From the NCBI RefSeq assembly GCF_041146345.1, contig NW_027191405.1, forward strand, positions 1,612,001-1,676,000: 64,000 nt of DNA, in the 5' to 3' direction. Below are positions 10,456 through 22,998 of the stretch, in pieces; position 1 is the stretch's first letter, and each line of letters opens with the position of its first letter. The translations under genes were made by a program, and so were the position numbers. The notes beneath the pieces are model-generated. The model had not been told where the DNA came from. It was given only the letters and a program-made list of their open reading frames with translations, and ran no database searches. This DNA comes from Neodothiora populina (taxonomy: Eukaryota).

Positions 10456-13400
10456 ATGCTTTGGTATCTGCTCTACCCGATCAGAGGGTACGTGGACCGT
10501 ATACATTACACTGGCCACGCTGACATTCTGGTGGAGTACTACTGATCCCCCTCGTCTCCCTACGGAAAACCCCATACGAAGGGCTTTCTATCGTCATGGC
10601 CTACTCACGGCTCGCCATTGGCTACTTGCTATGCTCATATCCGTTGGCATAGCAGTCATACTTACATATCCTACTGTTTTTCTGTCGGACTTTCCTGTCG
10701 CTGGCTCGGACAGCCTTCCGCACCATGTCTGGGCTTCTCATAGACCTTATGGCGGTTCGTTGCCGAAAACGCCTGACATGGAAATGCGCCAAGTGTGGAT
10801 TTACGGCGATTACATGAAGGCTCTTGATAAAACAGTTTTAAAGACCGCCTTGACTCTGCAAAGCGATATCCTGCGAGAGACCCCAGGACCAAATGGAGAA
10901 GCAAGCTTACGTCCGTTCGGCGTTGACTGGGGCTGGGTCTCACCATTAATGTACTGGAACAACTCTATGGAGTTACTAGAGAACGACGAAGACGTCGTAC
11001 AAACGATCAACAGCCAGAATCGTCAACCTTCGTTTTTCAACTTCAGCTTGCGTCCACTATCTGTATTTGCCGGCAAAGATTTCTCCGGCGCAAAGCTTAC
11101 AGCAGCCGATGCACTGGTCATCTCATTTCATAACCGCATCAACGATCCTATGGCCGAAGCATGGCATAGCAGTCTGGTACAATTCGCAAACCAAGCATCG
11201 GAGCTTTCATCATATTATCATGTTGGTGGGGATATCGACAAGAGTAGACTTTTTGAGTATCGCTTCCAGCCCCTCAGCTTCCGTCAAAACTTTGCTCTAG
11301 CGATCGCCTACGGAATCATTGCGGTCTATGTCACAATCAGTCTACGGAGACTGAAGGCTTTTCATAGCCGCACAGGTCTAGTGGTCACTGCACTGACGCA
11401 AATTACAACATCAGTGGTGGCAAGCTTTACAATTTGCGGTCTCCTTGGTATCAATCTTGCCCAAATACCTCGAGAGGCCTATCCTTTTGTCGTTCTAGTC
11501 ATCGGTCTCGAGAACATCTTCCGATTCATCAACGCGGTACTTGCATATCCACCTGAAATGATGAATACACAAAGGATCGCGAACGGTCTTGGCGATATTG
11601 GTATGGCTTCAGTGGCTTCGGCTGTGCAAAATCTCGTCATTCTATGGATAATGTCTATGCTAGTATCCCCTGGCGTTGCTGCATTTTGTGTGTTCGCTGC
11701 TGTAGCCCTTCTTTTCGATTACTTCTTTCTTTTCACATTCTTTCTCGCTGTGTTAAGTGTGGATATACGTAGATTGGAGCTCCAAGACTCGCTACGCCTC
11801 AATCGCAGTGGCCGGAGTCGATCCAGGAAACGAAAGCCGAAACCAAACGCAGAACGTCACTCTTGGGTCGACGCGCTTATACAAGGTCGGGTCCCCTTTA
11901 GTACCCGCATGGCGGGATCCGTTGTGACCATTAGCTTCGTGCTTGTGCTGAACTGGCACTTTACTGACCACAACAATCCAACTTCCTCTTTTCGAGCATT
12001 CCCAGGCTTGTTCGAAAAACAAGGACTTCCTACAACCGCTTTCGATACAAGTCCACCTAATCCATCCGATCAATCCAGGCAACCGGGCCACTGGCTCCGG
12101 ACCCAGGACTACGAAAGTGCAGTCCATTTCATGGATGTTATCAGCCCTGGTGCTGTGGGCTTCATAGCGAGGATCTATGACCCACTTATTGTCACACTGG
12201 CCGGGTCTGATCGCAGCGGCATCCCACGAGATCGAACCTGGCTTGCTGCCTTACGCATGATCGCGCTGAAGCACTTCTACCCTGTTGCAATGGCCGCTGT
12301 CTTTGTGGTTGCGTTCGTCACAGTACTTATGAATTTTCTCCTCTGGGATGAGCGAGCTGAAGGTGCCGAGTCAGATGGTGGCAACAGCGATGGTCAGCCA
12401 CTGACTGTCGAAATGATCCAGACACCTCATCAACTTGACGTCATCAAGCTCACAGGTTGTAGACAGGGTCATATTGTATCGATTGGCATCGATAGATCAG
12501 TTTCTGTTGCCTTGTATGATTACAAGGTGAACTCCTATCAGACTCTTCTACTGGATGAGCAATATTCGTCTCTCATCGAATGGCCGGTGCACCAGTGTGT
12601 CATTGACGGGCCAAGCGAGTGGATGGCCCTGATATGCGATGATGGTCAGGTCCTCATTGGTCCAATTGCCAGCAGAAGGATCTCTCATCAATTCCAACTC
12701 AAAAGCAAGGAGAAGATCCTTGCCTACAGATTCATCTCATCCCATCCTTCGGCCAAGGACAAGGAGAGGGGGGCTATCCTTGTGTCTATGCACGCAGATG
12801 GCTCAGTATCAGAATGCAATACAAGAGAATCGACATGTGAGAACACTCGCTTGTTTGAAGACGACATATACGCAGCTCGTATATCGATAGCAGACAACTC
12901 GGTACCTGAGTTGATCGTTCTTGACTCGAAAGCACGTGTCGTCAGCTATAGGAGATTTCCGGAGGGGTGGCGCCAATATATGACTCGGGTCACCGATGTA
13001 TCAATCAAGACTGCAAACAATACGAGCCTTGTCACTGCATCAGGCGTTGAAGCTTCGTTTCTCTGCGCTCAAGATCAGCTTACCATGCTGAATGCTGACA
13101 ACGCCGACCACCTTTTGCTGCCAAATCTACCGAATCCTTTTGCCAAGCCCACCTCTTTAGAAATACTACATTCTGGTCGCGGCAAATGCGGCACCTGCAT
13201 GTCAAGCACTGTGGATGCTCTATCGTTTGCTTACAACGCAGTAGGCACGAAAGAATGCATAATACAAACGCTAGCTCCTCCCGAGGAAGATGGACGGCCT
13301 TTACATACGTCGACTCTAAGCAAGCTTTGCGACTGTGTGTCCCTCAAAAGGGCTGATCGCAGTATACATGAACTGAAATCACCTGGATCGTGGGGAGCCA

Positions 13401-13807
13401 CCTCCGAAGTTGTGCTCGGCATTCGTCAACGCGCAGATACTGCGCCTGCACAACCGACAGCATCCACTCAGCAGTATGTCTTGCGTCGTAGGAGACGGAG
13501 TACGACGGCCAGCCAGTCATCTAACGATGACTCTGAGCAGTGGGAGGCTTATATGTTCACGTCATCGGGAGAAAAACACACAGTCCCAATTGAAAGCAAC
13601 AGCTCATCGGAAAACCACTTGTATGCAACTCAAGCTGGCCCGGCCCATAAAGTTGGTGCGAGAGCTGTCGCCATCGCACTCGGTAATACGATCTATGTTC
13701 TACGAGACAAAAGCGAAGGACCCGACAGCATGGCTCGCAGGATATCGGAAAGTGGAACACACAGCTTTTCATCTCGTAGAAGACTCACAGGTCGTAAAGG
13801 CCAGTGA
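10456..13807 (+). CDS. SCP1: SREBP cleavage-activating protein (SCAP/Scp1): sterol-sensing domain plus degenerate WD40 C-terminus; exons 10456-10487, 10537-13807
   Basis: Spliced N-terminus MLWYLLYPIRGTTDPP resembles fungal SCAPs. Sterol-sensing motifs YPFVVLVIGLENIFR, FCVFAAVALLFD, VLSVDIRRLELQD. Multiple TM segments and a beta-rich C-terminus. Confidence 0.85.
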
Positions 13808-14687
13808 CATCTTGCATCAAACAACAAGCCCGCTCCGTCCAGCATTGCAGCGAACGTTAGCTTCGAGGCACTTCGTGTCCATCTGCCGTGAACGAGGAAA
13901 CGAATCGACTCTAGTCTATATTTAATCCATGAAATTCCTAAAATAATGCAAGACATTAGATTTCGAAAGCCACATGTTCTGTTTAGCCTTTCACTTGAAT
14001 CGCAGTGTCGCGGATATGCCAGAAACATTGCGGTACAGGCTTGCTGTCTGGAGCGACTCCAGGTCGAATTAGAGTTTGGTAAGAAGCTTTACCTCGCTTG
14101 TTGGGCTTGCCTTGCCCGCCATACTTTCAATGTCAAAAAGCACATCACGATCATCCAATGACATGTCATCCGTCTGACAACGGGCCCGTATGGCTACTAT
14201 CCTCTACACGGTAAGCTAAAGTATATGCAATTCCTTCTGAGAGAGATTGTTATTGACTTTACACATCTGTAATTTTGACTCTAGTAACGTCTTCTTCAGG
14301 TAACGTCCCGTAGCCAGGGGGTTCACTGATTTGACGCTGGACGCTCGTGTTTGACGCGCTACCCAACGCCATGCGCTATTAATGCAGCTCTGGACCATGA
14401 GCCACCGTTGTGTGGTGTGCGTAGCTGACCAGCTAACTCCGGCACTCCTGGTCGTAACAATACAAGTCAAATGTAAGTACAGTAGCCTACCCAAAGGTTC
14501 GTTCAGCTATTACTTGGCTTTCCTATCTCCACCGTAATATACAGTACCTTGCTCTACCTGAGTCTGTATTTCCCGTCCTGTCCGACTTTCTGAAGAATAT
14601 CTGTGATTCCAAACGGTTACGCACCTCGAAAGAAGTGAAGCGAATAATCACATCTCTATCAGCACATTAAATCGACATCGTGATCCA

Positions 14688-16106
14688 ATGGGGGCTGAAC
14701 TTGAGGCATCTCTGCTTCCAATAGACGGAAAAGACACAATTGAGGCCAGAGACCAGAGCAAGAAATATATGTTGGCCCGTCTTCCCAAGCCTGTCTCGTT
14801 ATTCTCTAGGTCCTTCTCCATCGACACATTCTATAACGCTTTACTTGTTTCTGCCTTGAGCATTGCAGCGTTCTCAAACGATTTCAACACGATCGACGAT
14901 GTGTTGCAGTATATTGGCTTCTTTGTTGTGACTTGGAGCTCTTGGTACCTCAACACGACATATCGTTGCCACTTCTCAGGCAGAAGCTGGGTTGATAGCT
15001 TTGCTCAAGCTAGTCACTGCTTCATGTTGTTCCTCTTCACTGCGAGTGGGGCCGACATCCACGCAAAGTCGCACGGCTTGGTCAACTTCGCGAATACCCC
15101 AATCCAGGCTGTTGTCATTGGCAGCAGGGCACTACTTCTGCTACAATGCATGCATGCTTTGTGGCAGAGGTGGGACGATGAGCGAAGCCGAACTCATCTT
15201 GCATTCAACCTGAACTTGAAGGCCGCGGCATTAGTCTTTTATGTGCTGCTCTTCAAGCAGCATTTTCAACCACTTTTCTGTTCCGTTGCCGTACTCGAAT
15301 GCATCATAGAAACTGTGATTAATGCTCCTTCCAACGATGCTGAGCCATCTCACTTCAACCTTACCGAGCGCATGGAGACTGCCACTTACACAATGCTCGG
15401 GAGCAGTTTCCTTGCCTTTGCAAAACTTCTCTCCGATTTATTGAACTCCGATCGTGCTCATTTGGAGATTATGGATTTCGGGAACGTCGTCTGCTTCCTT
15501 CCGCTGATGGTAAGTACAACATCACGAAAAGTATGTTGCATCCGACTTATAAGAAGCAGTACCTTCTCTACAAGTTGTATTGCCCGCATGACCACGGCCA
15601 TGCCGATGTGCTGAAGCACCGTTATACGGCTTGGATAATCCAACACGGTCCTCTTCACTTCGGACTAGTTCTGAGCATCACGATCTTGCGCAGGTCCATT
15701 CTCCAACACGAGACACCGCTCGCGACCCTTCAAATCGGCGAAGCTAGCATCGGGCTTGTCGCTGTGAGCAGCACCCTAGTATCTCTTGCTTTGCTCAATG
15801 TCCTCAAGGAGCCATCGAACATCATCCAGCCTGCATTACTTGTACTTGTTGTTTTCGCGCTTTACAGTCCTTTGCTACAACCGATCTGGCGCGATGCAGA
15901 TGCGTCGAAGCTGAGCTCTTATGCCCTTCCGATCCTGGTCACCCTACTCGCTGGTGGTAAGTTCGCTCTTGTTCTAACGCACATGGGTATGGGTGGTGAC
16001 TAATGATTTCACAGTCGATGTACTTGTCGAGAGACTATCTCGGCAAAGCAGCTCTCAAGATGAACAGGAACTTGGACTGCTCGATTCTGCTTCCGATTTA
16101 GTGTGA
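14688..16106 (+). CDS. Divergent LtrA-like (low temperature requirement A) multi-pass membrane protein; exons 14688-15509, 15560-15956, 16015-16106
   Basis: Many hydrophobic segments with degenerate LtrA-like motifs (DTFYNALLV, YIGFFVVTWSSW, LTERMETATYTMLG, WIIQHGPLHFGL). Two GTAAGT...CAG introns restore the frame. Confidence 0.55.
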
Positions 16107-16291
16107 AATTGTCCATTTTACGAATTACGAGATAACGATTTGACCCTACATTGAAGAGTACATCCTCAGCAAACCTCCTATAGAGTTCTTGCAATCTTGC
16201 GATCTCAGCGAACGTAATTGCTGCTCGGCAAAAGATGGAGAAGCCTCTCATGGCTCCTGAACCCCCGTCGTACACCAGCAGTACCAAACGT

Positions 16292-16558
16292 CTAAGGATT
16301 GACCTGTCTGTCCGGTAACACCCTTGCCCTATCCTTACTCATATTGTCGCTACCGAAGCTCCAGCCTCGCGTGTCACATGCAGGCCTAGAACAGCACAGA
16401 AAGAGCGAGCAGGCGGAGCAGTTCCTGTTGATGTCCAGAGAAATCTTCAGGTCACCGTTCGCGCAGGCTTTCTGGAAGATGGCCGCTTGGCCGCAAGAAG
16501 AAGCCAATATGACCTCGACATGGCCACAGGAATACGTGTATGTGCGGTATCAGCACAT
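16292..16558 (-). pseudogene. Small Cys-rich MCxYxxxxYxCGH...CxxC protein gene with in-frame TGA at codon 3 (pseudogene or recoded)
   Basis: TATAAAA at 16627-16621, CACAATG start context, then ATG TGC TGA TAC CGC ACA TAC ACG TAT TCC TGT GGC CAT, open in the same frame to the stop at 16292. Confidence 0.55.
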
Positions 16559-16620
16559 TGTGGAGAATTTGTAAGAGCAATGGCTAAAGTCTCGGATATT
16601 GGCCTCTGCGCCAGGGGTGC

Positions 16621-16627
16621 TTTTATA
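16621..16627 (-). promoter_or_regulatory. TATA box of the small Cys-rich gene
   Basis: Perfect TATAAAA about 63 nt upstream of ATG 16558. Confidence 0.5.
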
Positions 16628-17567
16628 GGTGCACCTCTGAGATCGCACTTGTGGAGTTCGATGACCAGCGGCGTGTACAGATGGGATTGACAGATTATCG
16701 ATGGCTTGCTGGAATGTGAATGATATCTACAATAAAACCGACTGTCCTGCTACGAAATGCCGGTGCTTCACAGCCGAGTGATATTAGTATCTATTTTCCT
16801 TACGTCGGAGTGTCCTCGCTGCAATATATAAGTACCACGAACTCCCAGAGACCATATGGTTAGGCAATAGTGCACACATGACCAATGATACAAATGACCA
16901 AACATAGACTCGTTACTTCCTAGATTGTACGCCCATTCCTAAATTTACATCCCATACCATAGCTCTACCATGAGCAACACCCACCAAGGAGAGATATGTC
17001 AGTCGCCACAGAGGACTCGGGGAAGCAAGCCTCGTCGACTCCCCACCACACCTACTTACGACAAACCAAGGCTCTGATATGACATGCGAGCAAGAGAGAC
17101 CGCGGAGGCGCCGCCGGGTGCTTCAGACTCGACGAGCCAAACACTCGGAATCACTTAATCTCACGGGGAAGGATCCTGTACAGGTAGAGCATGTCTAAGA
17201 GCTATGACTTGTGTATGAGAAATGACCCTCCCCTAACCCCTCGTAATTGCTTGATGTGACTGGAGCTATTCTGGGTATTATTGCATTTGCCGCGAGACAC
17301 TTGAAGCGGGGCTTTCTCGGAACGACATTACGAATACAGGATGGCATCCACTGGCGGAGTCGTCAAGGGCACAGAAACGGGTTCGATTTTGAGATTTGCT
17401 AAGGTTCAGGGTGGAAAGGGAAGTTGGGAATACGAGACGAGCGTTCTCTTGACGCGTCAACGTCAGTGGTTTTTAATATTTGGGTTTTCTGGCTTTCTCG
17501 GCTTTTCTGAGCGAGGCCAAGATTGCCAATTCGGCGATCTTGATTCAACCGTAGTCCGACATCCATC

Positions 17568-17597
17568 TATGGATAGCCAAGGTATGGATAGCTAAGG
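17568..17597. repeat. 15-bp tandem duplication TATGGATAGC(C/T)AAGG x2
   Basis: Read directly; the two copies differ by a single C/T. Confidence 0.8.
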
Positions 17598-19181
17598 TAA
17601 TGTTTGGAGACTTTTGGAAGGATACAGTGGCTGACTTCAACAATCCGACTGAGCGGTTCCTCGGATGGTTCCCAGTCTTATGCAGTTCAGCGCACTCAGG
17701 GAGCAGGGGTAACTGGATTTGCGTTCGAAGTGGGAACCATCGAGGGGTCAACCCCAATTGCTACAGCAGTGTAAACGTGTCTCGTCAGGGGAGGAGAGGA
17801 TTTTATATTTTTAGTTGCTTTTGACCAAGCTGATAGCATGTCGGTCCTTTGCGAAGATGTTTGTCTTGAAGGTGCCGTACTTCCCGCCTAAGCTTTTACC
17901 GGTATACTACTTGTACTGTACGGTTGCGTTTCTGGGACGTTGGACAAACTTGATTGATTCGGTACGTGCCGAAACTCATACTGCACGCAGCCAATGACAA
18001 GATGGTCTGACCGCCTTTTACTGACAACACGCCATGCCTCTCAACCCTGTCTGCACGATATAGTGCATCGGCATTCAATGACATCTGCAAGGTCGTTCTT
18101 GACTGCTTGGTTCCTGCAGACAGTGCGGACGACAAGTTCATGATTTTTGAATCACAATCGCTGGCCATCACAGCCTCTTCTGTATAAGCCATCGAAAGGA
18201 CTCGGAATGCTGGACTCCAGACCAGGATTCCGGCTCAGTCGGACAGCAAGGTGATGTGCTGGTCTATAGACGCGTTTCTAAGAGAATAAGGCGCACGTCA
18301 CGACACGTTGCACCACACAAGTGCAATGCTTCATGCGCCATGCCGGCAATATATGCTCCACTGCGAGCTGCGACTCGTTCGATCCAATCGCTTCCTTGCC
18401 CGCCCATGACCATCTTCCTTATGTCCCCAGTGTGTTATTGTTTCGCTTCCTGGGATATTGGGTCATTGCGCAACAGGCTGGGTTCGCTTTCGCGGAAACA
18501 GGAATAAGCGAGGGCAGTCTGTCTGTGGCGGCTGCGCTCTAGGTCAATTGAACATCTATGATCGCATATCCATCGTAAGTATTCTGATCTTAGCACTGCC
18601 ACTGGGCGCGGCTTTTCTTGCTTCGCTTTGGTTATTTCATGACGAATGCGACCGCTCTGTGAGTTCCATTGACACCCGACGACTCATGAACACTGTCCTA
18701 TAAAATTGGATCTCTCTATTCTTTACACGGTAGTCCGTTGTTACGATTGAACTCGAAGTGTAACAACCAGTGTCAGAAAACCGAAGTGCAGCGACCTGCA
18801 CATCTTGGTTCAGGTACCAATTGATGCAGATGCAGCATGACGAAGAGAACTGCCGAATTAATGCTTCTTTAGTCGATCTGTAGAGATAAGTTGATGCTGG
18901 GTACTGTTACCAGATCACACCGTCGTACAAGTCATGAGCTTCCCCTCCGCTGTCTACGCAGGTCCTGACAGATCATAAGGATTGTCTATTGTCTGTTTTC
19001 GCGGGACCGCTGCAGCTCCCTCGAGGAACATCAAAGGACAGCACTGAAGTGGTAACATCGTTAATCTGCAATAACACATACGGTACAACAGCAATTGTCG
19101 AGGCAAATCAGGAGGAAGAGGGTAGGGTGGCGCATGAGCCTACCACCAAGAAAGACCTAGATTCTTCGTGCTACCTTATAC

Positions 19182-20570
19182 ATGGCGGTCTCGGCAGTTG
19201 ACTTGAGGATCTTGGGGCAAGTGGCCGAAGATACAATGGCCACCAATGCGCTCCTCTCGTCATGTCTTTTCCAAATCCTTGGGCTGTCCGTGATATTGGC
19301 GCAGCAACTAACCAAAGCGCGGAGTCAGAGGAAATTGGACTACACGCGCAACACCAAGTCTATCAAGCTATATCACCACATCATTTGGTTAGCGCGAGAA
19401 GGGCTTTCTATCACAGAGGTGTTGATACTTCCTTACTGCCAAGACGGTGGACAGGGTCCGGAATGCCGGGTGATGGCAGCAAAACTGCGCGCATCATTCT
19501 ATCACATCTTCTGCCTGTTCCATAATCACCCACCAGTCTTTCAATTGAAGCCGAATCCATCTTCACAGCACTTGCGCCCGCCACAGTCCAACATTAGCAA
19601 ACAAAGTGCAGGCGATGATCGCACGACGCACCTCAAACCCGATACCGGACTACGTGACTCAATAGTGTCTGAATCATCCTATGTGACAAATCCGTTCGAA
19701 GCATCGGCTCAATCACCACCGCCATCATACCCTATCCCGCCTCTACCAACCACTCCGGCACGAAAGACGCCCTCACGACCACCTGGCTTGTCCCCTCAAC
19801 AGCGCTCGCCACCATCCAGCGCAACTTACCTTCTTCCACCGTTGAACTTTGTGCCCGCGGCAGACAGCTACTTCAAGTTGACCTTCTTTCTCGCAAGCAG
19901 ATTACTCAGGGGTGCTCATCCGTTACGCCTGTCGGTCATCCACGAATATACTGCATTTCTTCAAGACTGCGTCAAGGACTACAGCCTAGCGCGACAAGTA
20001 GCCGGCGATGCAGTACGTGCAGCGTATCTAGACGAAGGCGATCTTTCCGACAAAGAATGGGAGGAAGTACTAATGATGGTGCGAGCTTTGACAATCACAG
20101 CACGTCGCACCGGTGGAAGCGAAGAGGGATACGGAAGCAAGTCTAGCCAAGGAACCAGCAGTGATGATGCACGAAGCAGACGTGGACCTACCCGACCTTT
20201 GCCTACACCTCCTGTTCGCGCACCGGCAGTCGAGCAAATCCCGCTGGCTGTACAAGCACGAGTATCCAACGAGACCACGAGCACAACACCGCGAAGCGCG
20301 ACTCTGGTAAATTCTCCGAACACGGCCGTCTTCGACCCCGAGGGCAAGGACGATATGAGAAGCCTTGACCGCAAGCGCAGTGCTGAAGAGAGAGCCAAGA
20401 GGAGCCAAACGAGCAGTAGGAGCAGTGGAAGAGGTCGACAAGAAGGCGCGGGATCGGAAAAGGAGCGCAAGAGAAGAGCTGTCGAAAGAGCAGAATCGGA
20501 GCTCTTCAGGAAGAGAAGCGGACAAACTCGCGTCAGTAACATTAGTAACATGGCCACGAGAAGGAGATGA
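19182..20570 (+). CDS. Non-canonical fungal 14-3-3-like protein with Pro-rich insert and disordered tail
   Basis: Intronless 462-aa ORF. KLRASFYH and AHPLRLSVIHEYTAFLQD echo the 14-3-3 helices KMKGDYHRY and THPIRLGLALNFSVF. Confidence 0.7.
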   Translation: MAVSAVDLRILGQVAEDTMATNALLSSCLFQILGLSVILAQQLTKARSQRKLDYTRNTKSIKLYHHIIWLAREGLSITEVLILPYCQDGGQGPECRVMAAKLRASFYHIFCLFHNHPPVFQLKPNPSSQHLRPPQSNISKQSAGDDRTTHLKPDTGLRDSIVSESSYVTNPFEASAQSPPPSYPIPPLPTTPARKTPSRPPGLSPQQRSPPSSATYLLPPLNFVPAADSYFKLTFFLASRLLRGAHPLRLSVIHEYTAFLQDCVKDYSLARQVAGDAVRAAYLDEGDLSDKEWEEVLMMVRALTITARRTGGSEEGYGSKSSQGTSSDDARSRRGPTRPLPTPPVRAPAVEQIPLAVQARVSNETTSTTPRSATLVNSPNTAVFDPEGKDDMRSLDRKRSAEERAKRSQTSSRSSGRGRQEGAGSEKERKRRAVERAESELFRKRSGQTRVSNISNMATRRR

Positions 20571-21050
20571 CGGTCTCGATAGCTCATCTGGAGGACACTT
20601 TCTTTGAGGCGGAGGTGTTGTGTAGACCGTCGAGTACTGCATCGCTGCAGCAACATTGATGCGCGAACGAGGGTGGGATCTCGGCTGGACATTATGCCGT
20701 GCAGACTTGTACATATGTAATGATATGGACCCTGGCCATGTTCAGACGTGAGGTATTCTACACTTCAGGATTGCACACCGCATCTGAGCATAGGGCGCTG
20801 CGCTCAGCTGGGTACTTTACCATCTTGTCACGTCGAACATGGATAGATCCTGACCACGGACGTGGAGACTCGCAAGGATGTCCAGATTGGGGCCAACTTC
20901 CGAGGCGATGCCGACAATTGATAGTGTTAGGTAAGGTACCTTACGGTACAGTAGTAGTACAGTACTTGAGGTGGGCTCCAGGACAGAAAAGTCGGGAAAT
21001 GCACAAGACAGAGCATCAACCGAGGCTGATTGTCCTTGGCAGCCATTCAA

Positions 21051-21146
21051 GGCTGCGGCTGCGGCTGCGGCTGCGGCTCAGGGACCTTTGGAGGAAGGTG
21101 CTGTGGTGGAATAAAATAAAAAAAACAAAAAAAACAAAAAAAAACA
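21051..21146. repeat. (GGCTGC)4 hexamer repeat followed by an interrupted poly(A) tract (21110-21146)
   Basis: Read directly in the region upstream of the thioesterase gene. Confidence 0.8.
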
Positions 21147-21359
21147 CGGAAGTCCCCCAAAACAGCAACGGCTCCAACGGCTTCGCGTGGCGGCCCCAGA
21201 GAAAGAAAGCTGCAAGGCAACGCATTGATCGGGGAACATTCAGAACACCGCGTGGTCGAGCATCTTTACTGTATATTCACCATCATGGACGGCTATACTC
21301 TTCTCGTGTAACTCCGCTAGAGCTCTTTTCTTCTTGTACTTTTTTTCTTGTCGTACGAG

Positions 21360-22426
21360 ATGCCAATGGCGACAGTCTTTAGATCGGCGCTTGCTCGGAA
21401 GTGCCCTCTCAGCCCCCGAGGTATCACTCCCGCTATCTCATATCAAGCCTCATGCCCGCGATTATTATTATTACATCCATACACACGTGCACAGAAGCAT
21501 TGCCGGTCCGTCGCTACTGGTGAGATTAGACTAGTCTTGTTCTGCTTGTTTAAGTCTTGTAGCTCACTTGTGTACCAGACTCAACAACTCTCGGCAATTC
21601 CATACCAACCAGTCCTCTCTCCTCCACTTCGCCCCTCTCTTCCTCCTCCTCTTCAAGCACCGAGCCAGATAGCCAAGGCGCGCAACCCAACACACGATCA
21701 CGCACTCGTCGCTTCCTCTCCGCAACATCACTAGTCCTCATCTTCGGCACACTAGGCTTCGCAATGGCCGCCGCCCCCGCAGTAGAAACCATCAACGGCC
21801 TCATGACGCCGCCAACAGACGCAGAAACCCTGTCCCTCTTCCAGCCTGACACTTCAAGTGCACAGGAAATCAACGACCGGATAACAAACTGCACGCTGGC
21901 CCAGGCCATGCGCCAGAAGCCCGAGTTCACAGAGAGCAGACCGCATCTCAAAATCCCCGAGGCCATGCGCAACCACAACCTCACCGCCGGCACATTGCTA
22001 GGCGAAGGCATGATCGCCGTGCCTCCTCTGAGCTTCACAGACGACAACGACAAATCGCCGTCCATGGTGCAGATCTCCTATCTCGGCACGAGCCTGTGCG
22101 GCTATCCTGGCGTCATTCACGGCGGACTGCTAGCAACGCTGTTAGACGAAGGCCTGGCGAGAGCGTGTTTCCCCGCCCTGCCTAACAAAGTCGGCGTCAC
22201 GGCCTCTCTGACCATCAACTACAAGAAGCCGTGTCCCAGCGATGTCTATGTCGTGCTGCGCGCCGAGACGACCAAGGTGGACGGTCGGAAGGCTTGGGTC
22301 AAGGGTCATATTGAGCTCATGACCGAGGACGGCAGCGAGGGCGAGAAGCTGGTCGAGGCTGAGGCGCTGTTCATCGAGCCTCGAGGCGCAAAGAACATGG
22401 CTAAGATCTACACCCCGAGTCACTAG
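21360..22426 (+). CDS. Mitochondrial hotdog-fold (PaaI-type) thioesterase, Fmp10/Mrx3-like; exons 21360-21519, 21579-22426
   Basis: LCGYPGVIHGGLLATLLDEGLARAC...GVTASLTINYKKP. Arg-rich presequence in exon 1 joined by intron 21520-21578 (GTGAGA...GCTCAC...CAG). One TM segment precedes the domain. Confidence 0.85.
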
Positions 22427-22998
22427 ACGAGATCTTACGATTGGCAGGAGAGCGAGTTCGAATAGATCCAAAATCAGGGACGGAGCGGGCTTTTCTTATG
22501 CTTGGAATATGTTCCATATCTGCTGTTTAGCATGGAGTTGTTTTTGTTGCTTTCCGGCGGACCTTTAGAACAAAGACTAGATGATACCCCATATCTCCTT
22601 ATGGGCTAGAGACACGTCATGCGCCTTTCGAAGCTTCAGACAGGTATACAGTTTCGCGAAACACGAGTGTGTTGCACTCCTGGCTTATCTCAGGTCCTGG
22701 ACACTTTCTCCATGTTAAGGTCAAACCGCTTGTGTCTTCTTGATAGTCATGTCATATTTGGTCCCTGGTCCTCCTCGCCTATCTGATCTGCCTTTGCCTT
22801 TGTTGCGCCAGCGCCTATGCTATGCCAGTAACAGTTGTGTGAAATGATTCGTGCGGATGCCCCACGTCAGGACAGGTCTTGCTCAATGACTCGGAGAGAA
22901 CACCAGCCCACTCATGCAACCATCTCAGTCACCATGAAACATCGTCCTCAAGACCCCGAGGGGCCCGCTCCCCTCATTGCTCGTCGAAGAGCATCAAC

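Noticed and set aside
16683..16696. GGGATTGACAGATT resembles an SSU rRNA segment
   Set aside because: Only about 13-14 nt long and the flanks do not match rRNA.
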